This document shows positions 1-9,473 of a stretch of 64,000 nucleotides of DNA, in pieces. How positions within the stretch are numbered: position 1 is the first letter of the stretch; each line of letters opens with the position of its first letter. The notes below the pieces were generated by a model, which had not been told where the DNA came from, did no database searches, and saw only the letters and a program-made list of their open reading frames with translations. This stretch comes from Thermoplasmata archaeon (GTDB taxonomy: Archaea; Thermoplasmatota; E2; JACPAO01; JAHFTW01), in NCBI GenBank assembly GCA_034667745.1, contig JAXDQP010000062.1, forward strand, positions 958-64,957, written 5' to 3'. Both the position numbers and the translations under genes were made by a program.

Positions 1-1008
1 GCGCCCGTCCTCGCGGGTGAGGATTTGGATGGGGTTGGCGAGCATGAGGAACTTGATGTTCTCGTCGCGCGCCTGCACCACCTCCTCGGGGCTCGCCGTC
101 ATCTCGCGGCGGCCGCGGCGGTAGACGATATGGACCGACTTGGCCCCGAGGCGGATGGCGTTGCGGGCGACGTCCATCGCGGTGGAGCCGCCGCCGATGA
201 TGACGATGCGCTGCCCCGTGAGGTCGTCCTTCTGGCCAAGCTCCAGGCGGCGCAGCCAGTCGACGGCGTGCGTGACGCCCTTGCTGCGCTCGCCGGGGAC
301 GCGGATCTCCTTGGGGCTGTGGCAGCCGACGCCGAGGAACACGAGGTCGTGCGCCTTCTCCAGCTCGTCCAGGGTGTGGCCCTCGCCGAGGCGCCAGTTG
401 GTGGCGAACTGCACGCCCCACTCGCGCAGCTTCTCCAGCTCGCGCTCCACCACGTCGCGGGGGAGGCGGTACTCGGGGATGCCGACGGTGAGCATGCCGC
501 CCAGCTTGGGCAGCGCCTCGTAGACGGTGACGGCGTGGCCGAGGCGCGCGAGGTCGTAGGCGACCTGGAGGCCGGCGGGGCCGGAGCCGACGACGCCGAC
601 GCTCCTGCCGGTCGGCGGCGGGCGCTCGATGGCGGGCCACTGGCCGTAGTCGAAGGCGGCGCGCTTGAGGGTGCAGATGGCGATGGGCTCGCCCTTGAAG
701 CCGACGACGCAGGAGTCCTCGCACGGGTGGAAGCAGGTGCGGCCCAGCGTGCCCGGCAGCGGGTAGGTCTCCAGCGCGATGGCGAGCGACTTGTCGAAGT
801 CCGCGTTCGCGATGGCCTGGATGTACTCTGGCGCCCGCGTTAGGGCGGGGCAGGCGTAGGTGCACGGCTTGGTCTTGCAGTCGATGCAGCGCATCGCCTC
901 CGCGATGGCCAGCTTGCGCGTGTAGCCCAGGACGGCCTCGTCGTAGGTCTTGACGCGCACCGCCGGCTGCAACTCGGGAATCTTGACCCGCTCGAGAGAG
1001 ACCGCCAT
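1..1008 (-). CDS. GltD/SudA/NfnB-family Fe-S flavoprotein (NAD(P)-dependent oxidoreductase), 3' end outside window
   Basis: My translation from ATG 1008: MAVSLERVKIPELQ...EAMRCIDCKTKPCTYACP...LGRTCFHPCEDSC...VGVVGSGPAGL...LGGMLTVGIPEY (Fer4_20 cysteines plus Rossmann motif). Confidence 0.85.
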   Translation of the reverse strand, partial: MAVSLERVKIPELQPAVRVKTYDEAVLGYTRKLAIAEAMRCIDCKTKPCTYACPALTRAPEYIQAIANADFDKSLAIALETYPLPGTLGRTCFHPCEDSCVVGFKGEPIAICTLKRAAFDYGQWPAIERPPPTGRSVGVVGSGPAGLQVAYDLARLGHAVTVYEALPKLGGMLTVGIPEYRLPRDVVERELEKLREWGVQFATNWRLGEGHTLDELEKAHDLVFLGVGCHSPKEIRVPGERSKGVTHAVDWLRRLELGQKDDLTGQRIVIIGGGSTAMDVARNAIRLGAKSVHIVYRRGRREMTASPEEVVQARDENIKFLMLANPIQILTREDGR

Positions 1009-1082
1009 GCTTCCTGAGTCCAGTGGACGGCTCGCGCGATATGAGGGTGTCGTCTGGAGAGGCATCAGACGGGAGAAGGAGC

Positions 1083-1281
1083 GGAGGCCTGGGATTTCGG
1101 CGATTGAGGGGATTTGGGGAGCGTGGCGCCCACTCGCTCCACATGCAGGGATGGTTCGCCAAAGTTCAAGAGCAGGCCCGTTGGCCGCTGGGTGGCCCGC
1201 AGGTAGTGGGCGAGTTGGCTTTGACTGCGTGGTGGGTGAACGTTCCCCGAAATCTGGAAATCGCCGAAATCCCAGGCCTCC
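1083..1281. repeat. Inverted-repeat element type A (23-bp perfect IR) enclosing a GxxExxY gene remnant
   Basis: GGAGGCCTGGGATTTCGGCGATT at 1083-1105 and its exact reverse complement at 1259-1281. Confidence 0.85.
1131..1226 (-). pseudogene. C-terminal remnant of a GxxExxY (PD-(D/E)XK) protein
   Basis: Translates SQSQLAHYLRATQRPTGLLLNFGEPSLHVERV, matching the QLxxYL..T....GLLLNFG..SL...R tail of GxxExxY proteins; no N-terminal part or start. Confidence 0.7.
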
Positions 1282-1285
1282 CACA

Positions 1286-1789
1286 CTAGCCAGAGAGGCC
1301 CAACTCCCACTCCTGCTCGTGCGCCCAGGGTGCCCACGGGCAGGGCTCCGGCGACTCTTCCACGAGCCGGAAGCCTGCGCGTTCGTACATCTTGCGCGCC
1401 TCCACCAAATCGCTGACGGTGTGCAGGTGGACGCCCTGGTAGCCGGCCTGCCGCGCGAAGGCCAGGGACGCGTCGAACAGCCTCCGGCCCAGGCCGGTGC
1501 CGCGTGCCCGCCTCTCGACGAGGAACCACCGGAGCTTGGCCCACCCGGGCCGGTCGGCGTCGTGGTGGATGGCGACGAAGCCCGTGATGCCCTCCGGGTC
1601 CTCGGCGACCCAGGTGCGGTCCTTGGCGGGGTCGAGGCCGTGCAGGAAGGGCGGGATGGTCTCGGCGACGTACTTGCCGAAGACGGGGCCGTAGCCGAAC
1701 TCCTCCGCATACACGGTGACCTTGCGGGTGCGCACCCACTCCATGTCGGCGGGGGTGCCGGGACGGATGCGCGCCTCGGCGGGTGTCAT
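1286..1789 (-). CDS. GNAT-family acetyltransferase
   Basis: LRWFLVERRARGTGLGRRL and ARKMYERAGF motifs. Confidence 0.9.
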   Translation of the reverse strand: MTPAEARIRPGTPADMEWVRTRKVTVYAEEFGYGPVFGKYVAETIPPFLHGLDPAKDRTWVAEDPEGITGFVAIHHDADRPGWAKLRWFLVERRARGTGLGRRLFDASLAFARQAGYQGVHLHTVSDLVEARKMYERAGFRLVEESPEPCPWAPWAHEQEWELGLSG

Positions 1790-1995
1790 GCCTGGACGCG
1801 GAGGGCCCGCTCCAGGCGGCGGCGCATCTTGTCGTGGCGGCGGACGGAGCCCTTGGCCTGCGCCAGCGCGCGGCTGCGCTCCTTCGAGTCGTGATGGGTG
1901 AGGAGCTTCTTCTGGTGCTCCTCCAGGCGGCGCAGCAGCTCCTGCTCCTCGGCCAGCAGTTGGCGCAGGTGCGCGTTCATCGCTTCGGGGTCCAT
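1786..1995 (-). CDS. small coiled-coil hypothetical protein (69 aa)
   Basis: MDPEAMNAHLRQLLAEEQELLRRLEEHQKK; stop overlaps GNAT start (ATGA). Confidence 0.6.
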   Translation of the reverse strand: MDPEAMNAHLRQLLAEEQELLRRLEEHQKKLLTHHDSKERSRALAQAKGSVRRHDKMRRRLERALRVQA

Positions 1996-2042
1996 GCCGG
2001 CGGCAAGGCCGCCTCGCTCATAACCAAGTCGGGGGCAAGGAT

Positions 2043-2444
2043 TCATCGCTTGCGCTGCGCGGCCATGCGCCCGGCCTTGAGACGCTGGTATGCGGGGTCG
2101 GCGCGCACCTTGTCCCACGCCGCCTTGAACGCCTCGGCGCTCGCCTGCTTCTGCGCGTCGGGGTCAAGCGGAAGCTCGCTCCCGTCCGCCGCCTTCTTGC
2201 GGCCGCTGCGGTGGCGCGCGTAGCGGCGGCTGCGGGTGTAGCCCATTTGTAGGAACTTGCGGCACATGTCCATCCCCGCGAAGTCCCCTTCCTTGCGATA
2301 GGCGCGGTAGCGGGCGAGGATTGCCTTGGCGCTGCGCTTGGCGATGGCTGGCGTGCGGAAGCGCCACAGTGGCAGGATGGCTTGCGTGTACGGGGGCGTG
2401 CTGAGGACGCCTTCCTCCCCGCGGCCGATGCGGTAGGCGCGCAT
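2043..2444 (-). CDS. DUF4385-family protein
   Basis: YRIGRGEEGVL..PY...ILPLWRFRTP...DFAGMDMCRKFLQMGYTRSRRY; TGATG coupling to hutU. Confidence 0.85.
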   Translation of the reverse strand: MRAYRIGRGEEGVLSTPPYTQAILPLWRFRTPAIAKRSAKAILARYRAYRKEGDFAGMDMCRKFLQMGYTRSRRYARHRSGRKKAADGSELPLDPDAQKQASAEAFKAAWDKVRADPAYQRLKAGRMAAQRKR

Positions 2445-4156
2445 CACATCAGCGGCGTGCGGACCTTCTCCCTCTTCGCGACGGCCTTGGCCTTGGCGTA
2501 CCCCGCGTCGGCGTGGCGGACGATGCCCATGCCGGGGTCGGCGCGGAAGACGCGCTTGGCCTTCTCGCGCGCGAGCTTGGTGCCGTCGAGGACGACGACG
2601 ACGCCGGCGTGGGTGCTGTAGCCGATGCCGACGCCGCCGCCGTTGTGGATGTGGACCGAGTCCGCGCCCGCCGCGACGTTGAGCATGGCGTTGAGCAGCG
2701 GCCAGTCCGCGATGGCGTCGCTGCCGTCCAGCATGCCCTCGGTCTCGCGGTAGGGGCTCGCCACGCTGCCGCAGTCGAGGTGGTCGCGCGTCACGGCGAT
2801 GGGGCCAATCTCGCCCTTGCGCACGAGGTCGTTCATGGCGAGGGCGAAGCGGTCGCGCTCGCCCATGCCGAGCCAGCAGACGCGCGCCGCGAGGCCCTCC
2901 CACGGCAGGTGCTTCCCGGCGAGGTCGAGCCAGTTGTTGAGGGTGCGGTTCCTGGGGAACATCTCGCGCACGAGCTGCTCGGTGCGGCGGATGTCTTCGG
3001 GCCGGTTCTGCAGGCTGAGCCAGCGGAAGGGGCCGCGGCCCTCGCAGAACATGGGGCGGATGTAGGCTGGGACGAAGCCCGGGAAGCTGAACGCCGTGTC
3101 GCGGGCCAGGCCCCCGAGCCGCGCTCCCTCGCGGATGTTGTTGCCGTAGTCGAACACGTGGCTGCCGGCGCGGGCGAAGCCGACCATGGCCTCCACGTGG
3201 CGGGCCATCGACTCCTGCGCGAGCCTCGTGTGCTTGGCGGGGTCCTTCTGCCGCAGCGCAGCCGACGCCGCGACGGTGAGGCCGGCGGGGACGTAGCGCA
3301 GGGGGTCGTGCGCGCTCGTCTGGTCGGTCACGAGGTCCGGCTTGAACCCGGCCGCGAGCAGCGCGGGGAACGCCTCGGCCGCGTTGGCGAGGAGACCGAC
3401 CGAAAGGGGCTGCTTCGCGGCGGCGGCCTTCTCCACGAGGTCGAGCGCGAGGTCGAGGTCCTCCACGACCATGCCGAGGAAGCCGGACTCCAGGCGGCGC
3501 TGGGCGCGGGCCGGGTCCACCTCGACGCAGAGGGCGACGCCGCCGTTCATCGTGACGGCCAAGGGCTGCGCGCCCCCCATGCCGCCCAGCCCACCCGTCA
3601 GCACGGTGCGGCCGCGCAGGTCGGACTTGAAGTGGGTGCGCGCGGCGGCCGCGAACGTCTCGTAGGTCCCCTGGATGATGCCCTGCGTCCCGATGTAGCA
3701 CCAGGAGCCGGCCGTCATCTGGCCGTACATCGTGAGCCCCTCCGCCTCCAGCTTGTTGAACTCCGTCCAGTTGCTCCAGTGCGGCACGAGGTGGCTGTTG
3801 GCGATGAGGACGCGCGGCGCCTGCTCCCAGGTCGGGAAGATGGCGACCGGCTTGCCCGACTGGATGAGCAGCGTCTCGTCGTCGCCGAGCCCCGCGAGCG
3901 CCTTCTTGATGGCGGCGAGCGCCTTGGGGTTGCGCGCCGCCTTCCCGGTGCCGCCGTAGACGATGAGCTTGTCCGGCTCCTCCGCGTTGTGCAGGTTGTT
4001 CTCCAGCATCCGCAGGATGGCCTCGGTGCGCCACGACTTGCAGCGCAGCGGCGTGCGGGGGCCGGCCACGGCGGGGCGGGAGGTCGTCTTGGCGGGGCTC
4101 TTGGCGCCGGGCACGCGGTGGGGACCGGAGGCGGGCGCATAGCGGTTTCGTGCCAT
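2444..4156 (-). CDS. hutU: urocanate hydratase
   Basis: [56 protein letters not shown]. Confidence 0.97.
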   Translation of the reverse strand: MARNRYAPASGPHRVPGAKSPAKTTSRPAVAGPRTPLRCKSWRTEAILRMLENNLHNAEEPDKLIVYGGTGKAARNPKALAAIKKALAGLGDDETLLIQSGKPVAIFPTWEQAPRVLIANSHLVPHWSNWTEFNKLEAEGLTMYGQMTAGSWCYIGTQGIIQGTYETFAAAARTHFKSDLRGRTVLTGGLGGMGGAQPLAVTMNGGVALCVEVDPARAQRRLESGFLGMVVEDLDLALDLVEKAAAAKQPLSVGLLANAAEAFPALLAAGFKPDLVTDQTSAHDPLRYVPAGLTVAASAALRQKDPAKHTRLAQESMARHVEAMVGFARAGSHVFDYGNNIREGARLGGLARDTAFSFPGFVPAYIRPMFCEGRGPFRWLSLQNRPEDIRRTEQLVREMFPRNRTLNNWLDLAGKHLPWEGLAARVCWLGMGERDRFALAMNDLVRKGEIGPIAVTRDHLDCGSVASPYRETEGMLDGSDAIADWPLLNAMLNVAAGADSVHIHNGGGVGIGYSTHAGVVVVLDGTKLAREKAKRVFRADPGMGIVRHADAGYAKAKAVAKREKVRTPLM

Positions 4157-4278
4157 TCCCGGCGTCGCCCCCGAGCGCGCTGGGCCACTTGTCCGATTTG
4201 GGACACGCGTGCCCGGCGTTGTTCCCCCGTCGCCACCACCCCTATATTGTCAGCCACGCAGTTCGGGTCCCGTCGTTC

Positions 4279-5259
4279 ATGGTGGACGTTGCCGTTGTCG
4301 GCGCCCGGGGCTACCTGGGCCGGGAATTGATGCGCTGGCTGCTCCTGCACCCCGAGGTCACCTCGGTCGCGCCCATCACGAGCGGCGCGCCGGGCACGCC
4401 CTACGGCGACTCCGTGCCCGCGTTCCGGCACCGCACCGACCTCGTCATGGCGGGGCCCGCCGCCGCGCAGGACGCCGACGTCGTGTTCCTGGCCACCGAC
4501 GGCGAGGAGGCGCGCCACCACGCCGCCAGCCTCGCCGACGCCCCGCTCCTCGTCGACCTCAGCCGCGCCCACCGCGCCCAGGCCCTCGACGGCCGGGACG
4601 GCTGGACCTACGGCCTGAGCGAGTTCCTGCCGGTCCCCAAGGGCAGCCGCCGCATCGCCAACCCCGGCTGCTACCCCACCGCGACCCTGATTGCCGCCGG
4701 CCCCGCACTGAAGGCGGGCCTCTGCGAGCCCGGCCCTCTCATCAGCGACGGCAAGAGCGGCGTCTCCGGCGCCGGCGCCACGCCGCGCGGCGACCTGCAC
4801 TACCCCGAGGCCCACGACGCCGTGCGCGCCTACAAGGTCCTCGGCCACGACCACCTGGGCGAGATCCGCGGCGCCGCGGCCCGCATCGAGGGCAAGCCTC
4901 TCGCCGCTGCCCGCCCCGTCCGCTTCACGCCCCACCTCGTGCCCATGAACCGCGGCCTCCTCGCCACCGTCTACCTGCCGGTCAGCGCCTCCGCCGAGTC
5001 CGTCAAGGCGACCTACGCGCAGCACTACGCCGGCAACCCGTTCGTGCGCACCGTCGCCGAGCCCGACACGACCCACGTGCGCGGCAGCAACTACGCCGAC
5101 GTCGCCGTCGATGTGGACCCCGCCAGCGGCCTGCTGGTGGCGCGCTGCGCCATCGACAACCTCGTCAAGGGCGGCAGCGGCGCCGCCATCCAGAACATGA
5201 ACCTCGCCCTCGGCCTCGCGCCCACGCTCGGCCTCGACCGCGTCGCGGGAGGGCCCTGA
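4279..5259 (+). CDS. argC: N-acetyl-gamma-glutamyl-phosphate reductase
   Basis: VAVVGARGY, IANPGCYPT, SGVSGAG, IDNLVKGGSGAAIQNMN. Confidence 0.93.
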   Translation: MVDVAVVGARGYLGRELMRWLLLHPEVTSVAPITSGAPGTPYGDSVPAFRHRTDLVMAGPAAAQDADVVFLATDGEEARHHAASLADAPLLVDLSRAHRAQALDGRDGWTYGLSEFLPVPKGSRRIANPGCYPTATLIAAGPALKAGLCEPGPLISDGKSGVSGAGATPRGDLHYPEAHDAVRAYKVLGHDHLGEIRGAAARIEGKPLAAARPVRFTPHLVPMNRGLLATVYLPVSASAESVKATYAQHYAGNPFVRTVAEPDTTHVRGSNYADVAVDVDPASGLLVARCAIDNLVKGGSGAAIQNMNLALGLAPTLGLDRVAGGP

Positions 5260-5392
5260 TGCTGGCCAGCCGCAGCGAAGGTGCGGGTGCGCCCCGCTCG
5301 GGCAGCGCCGCAGGCGGTGCCTGATGCTCCTCGGCTGGCGCCGCACGGTCGCCAAGCTTCAAGGCGACGAGCCGGCATCCCCGGCCCCGTCC

Positions 5393-6658
5393 GTGCCCCC
5401 GCAACGCGTCGAGGCGACCGCCGTGCCGCAGACCTACACGCTCACCGTCGTGCCCGACCGGCACCTCAACCACGTGCCCGGCTTCCGCGCCCAGGGCGTG
5501 TGGGCGCAGATCAAGAAGAAGAGCAAGGACGTCTGCCTCATCGTCAGCGACCGCCCCTCCAAGGGCGCCGCCGTCTTCACGCAGAACGCCTTCTGCGCCG
5601 CCCCCGTCACCGTCAGCCGTGAGCACGTCGAGAACGGCGACATCCGCGCCATCGTCTGCAACGCCGGCAACGCCAACGCCGTCACCGGCGAGCAGGGCCT
5701 GGCGGACGCCCGTGCGATGGCCGCCCACGCCGCCAAGGCGCTCAACCTGTCGCCCGACCAGATGATTGTGTGCAGCACCGGCATCATCGGCCGCCCGCTC
5801 CCGCTCGACAAGGTCACGAAGGGCATCGACGAGTGCGCCCGCACCCTCTACCAGGCGCAGGGCGGCGAGGCGGCCGAGGCCATCACCACGACCGACAGCC
5901 ACCCCAAGCACGTCTTCGTCGAGGTCAGCGTCGGCGGCCGCCACTTCCACATCGCCGGCATCGCCAAGGGCGCCGGCATGATTCACCCCAACATGGCCAC
6001 GATGCTGTCGTTCCTCGTGACCGACGCGCCGTTCAACGCCACGCTGCTGCAGGCGCAGCTCAAGCAGGCGGCCGACGCGACGTTCAACATGATCACCATC
6101 GACGGCGACCAGAGCACGAACGACACCTGCGCCATCATCGCCAACGGCGCCGCCGGCGGCCCGAACCTGCGCAAGGGCACCGTCGAGGCGGACGCGTTCC
6201 AGGCCGGCCTCCAGCTCGCCTGCAAGACGCTCGCCAAGCACATCGCCGGCGACGGCGAGGGCGCGACGGCCCTTCTCGAGGTGCGCGTCGAGGGCGCCAA
6301 CACCCTCCAGGACGCCCGCCTCATCGCGCGCAGCGTCGCCAAAAGCAGCCTCGTCAAGTCGGCGCTGCACGGCAAGGACCCCAACTGGGGCCGCATCGTG
6401 GCCGCCGTGGGCGCCTGCGGCGCGACCGTGGACCCCGGCAAGGTGAGCGTCCGCTTCGAGTCGAGCAAGGGCAGCGTCCCCGTCATGGACGACGGCGAGC
6501 CCCTGGGCGGCGCGAGCCTGAAGGAGGCCAACGCGGTCCTGCAGGACCACGAGGTCCGCATCCTCGTCCAGCTCGGCCTCGGCCAGCACAGCGCCGAGGC
6601 GTGGGGCTGCGACCTCTCCGAGGAGTACGTCACGTTCAACAGCGCGTACACGACGTGA
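5393..6658 (+). CDS. argJ: ornithine acetyltransferase (start uncertain; ORF open from 5324)
   Basis: NAGNANAVTG, STGIIG, AKGAGMIHPNMATML, DGDQSTND, DGEGAT, DPNWGRI, WGCDLSEEYV. Confidence 0.95.
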   Translation: MPPQRVEATAVPQTYTLTVVPDRHLNHVPGFRAQGVWAQIKKKSKDVCLIVSDRPSKGAAVFTQNAFCAAPVTVSREHVENGDIRAIVCNAGNANAVTGEQGLADARAMAAHAAKALNLSPDQMIVCSTGIIGRPLPLDKVTKGIDECARTLYQAQGGEAAEAITTTDSHPKHVFVEVSVGGRHFHIAGIAKGAGMIHPNMATMLSFLVTDAPFNATLLQAQLKQAADATFNMITIDGDQSTNDTCAIIANGAAGGPNLRKGTVEADAFQAGLQLACKTLAKHIAGDGEGATALLEVRVEGANTLQDARLIARSVAKSSLVKSALHGKDPNWGRIVAAVGACGATVDPGKVSVRFESSKGSVPVMDDGEPLGGASLKEANAVLQDHEVRILVQLGLGQHSAEAWGCDLSEEYVTFNSAYTT

Positions 6659-6662
6659 CCCC

Positions 6663-7430
6663 ATGGCCCAGGTCGTCCTCAAGCTCGGCGGCGCCGTCGT
6701 CCTCGACGCGGAGCAGGTGCGCATGGTGGCGCGCGACATCGACGCGCTCCTCGACGAGGGCCACACCCTCGTGCTGGTGCACGGCGGCGGCCCGCAGCTC
6801 GACAAGGCCCTCGCGGCGGCGGGCGAGCCTGCGTCCAAGATCGACGGCCTCCGGGTCACGAGCAAGAGCGCCGCCGGCATCGTCCAGACGGTGATGGATA
6901 GCATCGGCGCCGACCTCGCGGACCTGCTGGAGGACGAGGGCATCCAGGCCGAGCACGTGAACTCCGGCGAGGAGCGCCTCGCGGCGGTGGCAAAGAAGAT
7001 TCCGAACGGCGACCTCGGCCGCGTCGGCACCGTCCAGAAGTTCTCGGCGCGCGACCTGCCGGACGGCATCCCGGTCATCACCCCCGTCGGCTTCGACGGC
7101 AAAGGCCCCCTGAACGTCAACGCCGACGAGGGAGCGTGCGCCGTCGCCGCCGCGCTCAAGGCGGACTGGCTCGTCCTGGGCACCGACGTCTCCGCCGTAC
7201 GCGACCACCTGGGCGCCAGCATCGAGGAGCTGACCCCCGCCAAGGCGCGCGAGCTGATTGCGTCCAGCGCGGCGACCGGCGGCATGATTCCCAAGCTCAC
7301 GAGCGCCATCGCCGCCCTCGACGCTGGCGTCGGCCGCGTCCTCATCACCCGCCTGCAGCCCGGCACCCTGGCCGGCGCCATCCTCGACGGCAAGTGCGAG
7401 GGAACCCTCCTGCGCGGAGACGCCGCATGA
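6663..7430 (+). CDS. argB: acetylglutamate kinase
   Basis: VLKLGG, VHGGGPQ, IDGLRVT, LNVNAD, GGMIPKL. Confidence 0.93.
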   Translation: MAQVVLKLGGAVVLDAEQVRMVARDIDALLDEGHTLVLVHGGGPQLDKALAAAGEPASKIDGLRVTSKSAAGIVQTVMDSIGADLADLLEDEGIQAEHVNSGEERLAAVAKKIPNGDLGRVGTVQKFSARDLPDGIPVITPVGFDGKGPLNVNADEGACAVAAALKADWLVLGTDVSAVRDHLGASIEELTPAKARELIASSAATGGMIPKLTSAIAALDAGVGRVLITRLQPGTLAGAILDGKCEGTLLRGDAA

Positions 7431-8623
7431 CCTACAGCCCCGCCCGCTGGGAGGCCGCCATGGCCCCCAACTACCCGACGCCCGCCCTCCAGCTCGTGAG
7501 CGGCAAGGGAGCGAAGGTCACCGACAGCGAGGGCCGCACCTACACGGACCTGCTGGCGGGCATCGCGGTCAGCAGCCTCGGCCACGCCCACCCCGCCCTC
7601 GTCCGCGCCGTCACCACGCAGGTCGGCCTCATCGCGCACACGAGCAACCTCTACGCCAACGCGCCCAGCCTGCGCCTCGCGGAGCGGTTGCAGGAGCGCA
7701 CGCGCGGCTTCTCGGCCGGCCACAAGGTCATCTTCCAGAACTCGGGCACGGAGGCCAACGAGGCCGCGCTGAAGCTCGTGCGCCGCCACGCCCACGCCCA
7801 AGGCATGCCGGACGCCGTGGTGCTGTCGTTCCAGAACTCCTTCCACGGCCGCACGGCCGGAGCCGTCCGCCTCACCGGGCAGGCGCACTATCAGGAAGGC
7901 TTCACGCCGCTGCCGGAGCAGATTGTCCACGTTCCCTTCAACGACGCGGCCGCGCTGGAGCAGGCGTTCGCGCGGCACCGCGTCTCCGGCGTCTTCTTCG
8001 AGGCCGTCCAGGGCGAGGGCGGCGTCCTCCCGCTCACGGCGGACGCGGCGCGCACGATGCAGAGGCTCTGCACGGACAACAACGCGCTCCTCGTCGCGGA
8101 CGAAATCCAGACCGGCGTCGGCCGCACGGGCAAGTTCTTCGGCTTCGAGCACGACGGCCTCGCCCCCGACGCCATCACCCTCGCCAAGGGGTTGGGCGGC
8201 GGCCTGCCGATTGGCGCCATCCTCATCCGCCCCGACCGCGCCGCCCTCCTGCCGGCCGGCACCCACGGCACCACGTTCGGCGGCAACCCCGTGGCCTGCG
8301 CCGCCGGCAACGCCGTCCTGGACGTCGTGGAGTCGGAGAACCTGGTCGGCCGCGCGACGGCGCTGGGGCGCACGTTCCAGTCCGCGCTGGCTGAGTCCGG
8401 CGTGCAGAGCCGTGGCCGTGGCCTCCTGCTGGGGCTGCCGCTTGCCGGCCCGACCGCGCCGGACGCTGTGAAGACGATGCGCGAGGCAGGCTACCTCGTC
8501 GGCCAGGCGGGGAAGTCGGTGGTCCGCATCGCGCCGCCGCTCATCATCCCCGAGGCGGACCTGCTGGGCGCCGTGCCTCACCTTGCCAAGGCGGTTCAGT
8601 CAGTCCCTGCGCCGGCCCAGTAA
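7427..8623 (+). CDS. argD: acetylornithine aminotransferase
   Basis: NSGTEANEAALK, SFHGRT, EAVQGEGG, DEIQTGVGRTG, LAKGLGGG, HGTTFGGNP. Confidence 0.93.
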   Translation: MTYSPARWEAAMAPNYPTPALQLVSGKGAKVTDSEGRTYTDLLAGIAVSSLGHAHPALVRAVTTQVGLIAHTSNLYANAPSLRLAERLQERTRGFSAGHKVIFQNSGTEANEAALKLVRRHAHAQGMPDAVVLSFQNSFHGRTAGAVRLTGQAHYQEGFTPLPEQIVHVPFNDAAALEQAFARHRVSGVFFEAVQGEGGVLPLTADAARTMQRLCTDNNALLVADEIQTGVGRTGKFFGFEHDGLAPDAITLAKGLGGGLPIGAILIRPDRAALLPAGTHGTTFGGNPVACAAGNAVLDVVESENLVGRATALGRTFQSALAESGVQSRGRGLLLGLPLAGPTAPDAVKTMREAGYLVGQAGKSVVRIAPPLIIPEADLLGAVPHLAKAVQSVPAPAQ

Positions 8624-8703
8624 GGGAGGCCTGGGATTTCGGCGATTTGGGGAGGTGTGGGGGATTCCTAAAATCTGGGAATCGCTGGAATCCCAGGCCT
8701 CCC
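8624..8703. repeat. Inverted-repeat element type A (empty)
   Basis: GGGAGGCCTGGGATTTCGGCGATT...AATCGCTGGAATCCCAGGCCTCCC between convergent genes; same right flank (ACACT) as the 1083 copy. Confidence 0.85.
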
Positions 8704-8712
8704 ACACTCGCC

Positions 8713-9378
8713 TTAACCGGTCTTGATGAGCCCGTTGAGGACCTCGAACGCCGGAAACAAATCGGCCTCGTCGATGAGGAAGATGTTGTCCTTGTAGCAG
8801 GAGACGACCTCGTTGAAGTTGATGCCCTTGCCCGCGAGGCTGCTGGCGAGGAACGCGAGGATGCCGGGAACGTCCTCGATGGAGTCCGGACTGCGGATGT
8901 TCAGTTCCACGAGCCCCTTGCGCGTCTTGAACGCCTCGTCGGCCATGATGGCCTCCATCTCTCCCAGGAGCGCCTCGTCGGTGATGATGGTGATGGACTC
9001 GCTGCCGTGCAGGACGTGGATGGGGTGGCTGCGGCCCTGGATGGCGGCGAGCGCCTTCTCCAGGCGCGCGAACGTCTTCCAGTTCGGGTGCGCCGTCAGC
9101 GTGGCGACCTTGGTGCGGACCTCCAGCTTCGACTTGTCCAGCACGCGCCGGATGGCGGCCTGGTAGTCGGGGCCCGCGGTCTGCGGCTTGTAGCGTCGGC
9201 ACGCCACCAGGACCGCCTCCTCGGAGCCGAGGCCGGTCTCGTCCTGGATGCGCCGCGTCAGCGCGCTCAGGTTGACGATGCCGAGGCTGAGGGCGTCGCG
9301 GACGACGGGGCGGGCGTCGATGTAGGCGCGCACCGACTGGGCGACGCTCCGGGTCTCCGGGCGCTTGCGCTTGGGCAC
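8713..9378 (-). CDS. archaeal ACT-domain protein, probable amino-acid-sensing regulator
   Basis: GIVNLSALTRRI N-terminal region and C-terminal ACT-like VPGILAFLASSLAGKGIN..EVVSCY; divergent from argG. Confidence 0.75.
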   Translation of the reverse strand: MPKRKRPETRSVAQSVRAYIDARPVVRDALSLGIVNLSALTRRIQDETGLGSEEAVLVACRRYKPQTAGPDYQAAIRRVLDKSKLEVRTKVATLTAHPNWKTFARLEKALAAIQGRSHPIHVLHGSESITIITDEALLGEMEAIMADEAFKTRKGLVELNIRSPDSIEDVPGILAFLASSLAGKGINFNEVVSCYKDNIFLIDEADLFPAFEVLNGLIKTG

Positions 9379-9473
9379 CGGTCCGGGAGCGGTTGTCCGA
9401 TTTTAGTCATGCCTGCCCAGGCGCGCCGAGGAATCGCCACGCGCTTCATATCCTCTCTCCCGGGATTCCGGGT

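Noticed and set aside
2043..4034. 663-aa ORF overlapping hutU, suggesting a fusion or frameshift
   Set aside because: Only the last 133 codons (DUF4385, ATG 2444) look coding; TGATG coupling explains it.
5260..5392. GC-rich gap between argC and argJ as riboswitch or REP
   Set aside because: No recognisable aptamer consensus or clear second copy; may be partly the argJ N-terminus.
5165..8581. Long ORFs antisense or off-frame to real genes (e.g. 1138 aa at 5165-8581, 787 aa at 24172-26535, 734 aa at 27969-30173)
   Set aside because: Shadow ORFs caused by high GC3; the opposite or other frame has clear family motifs.
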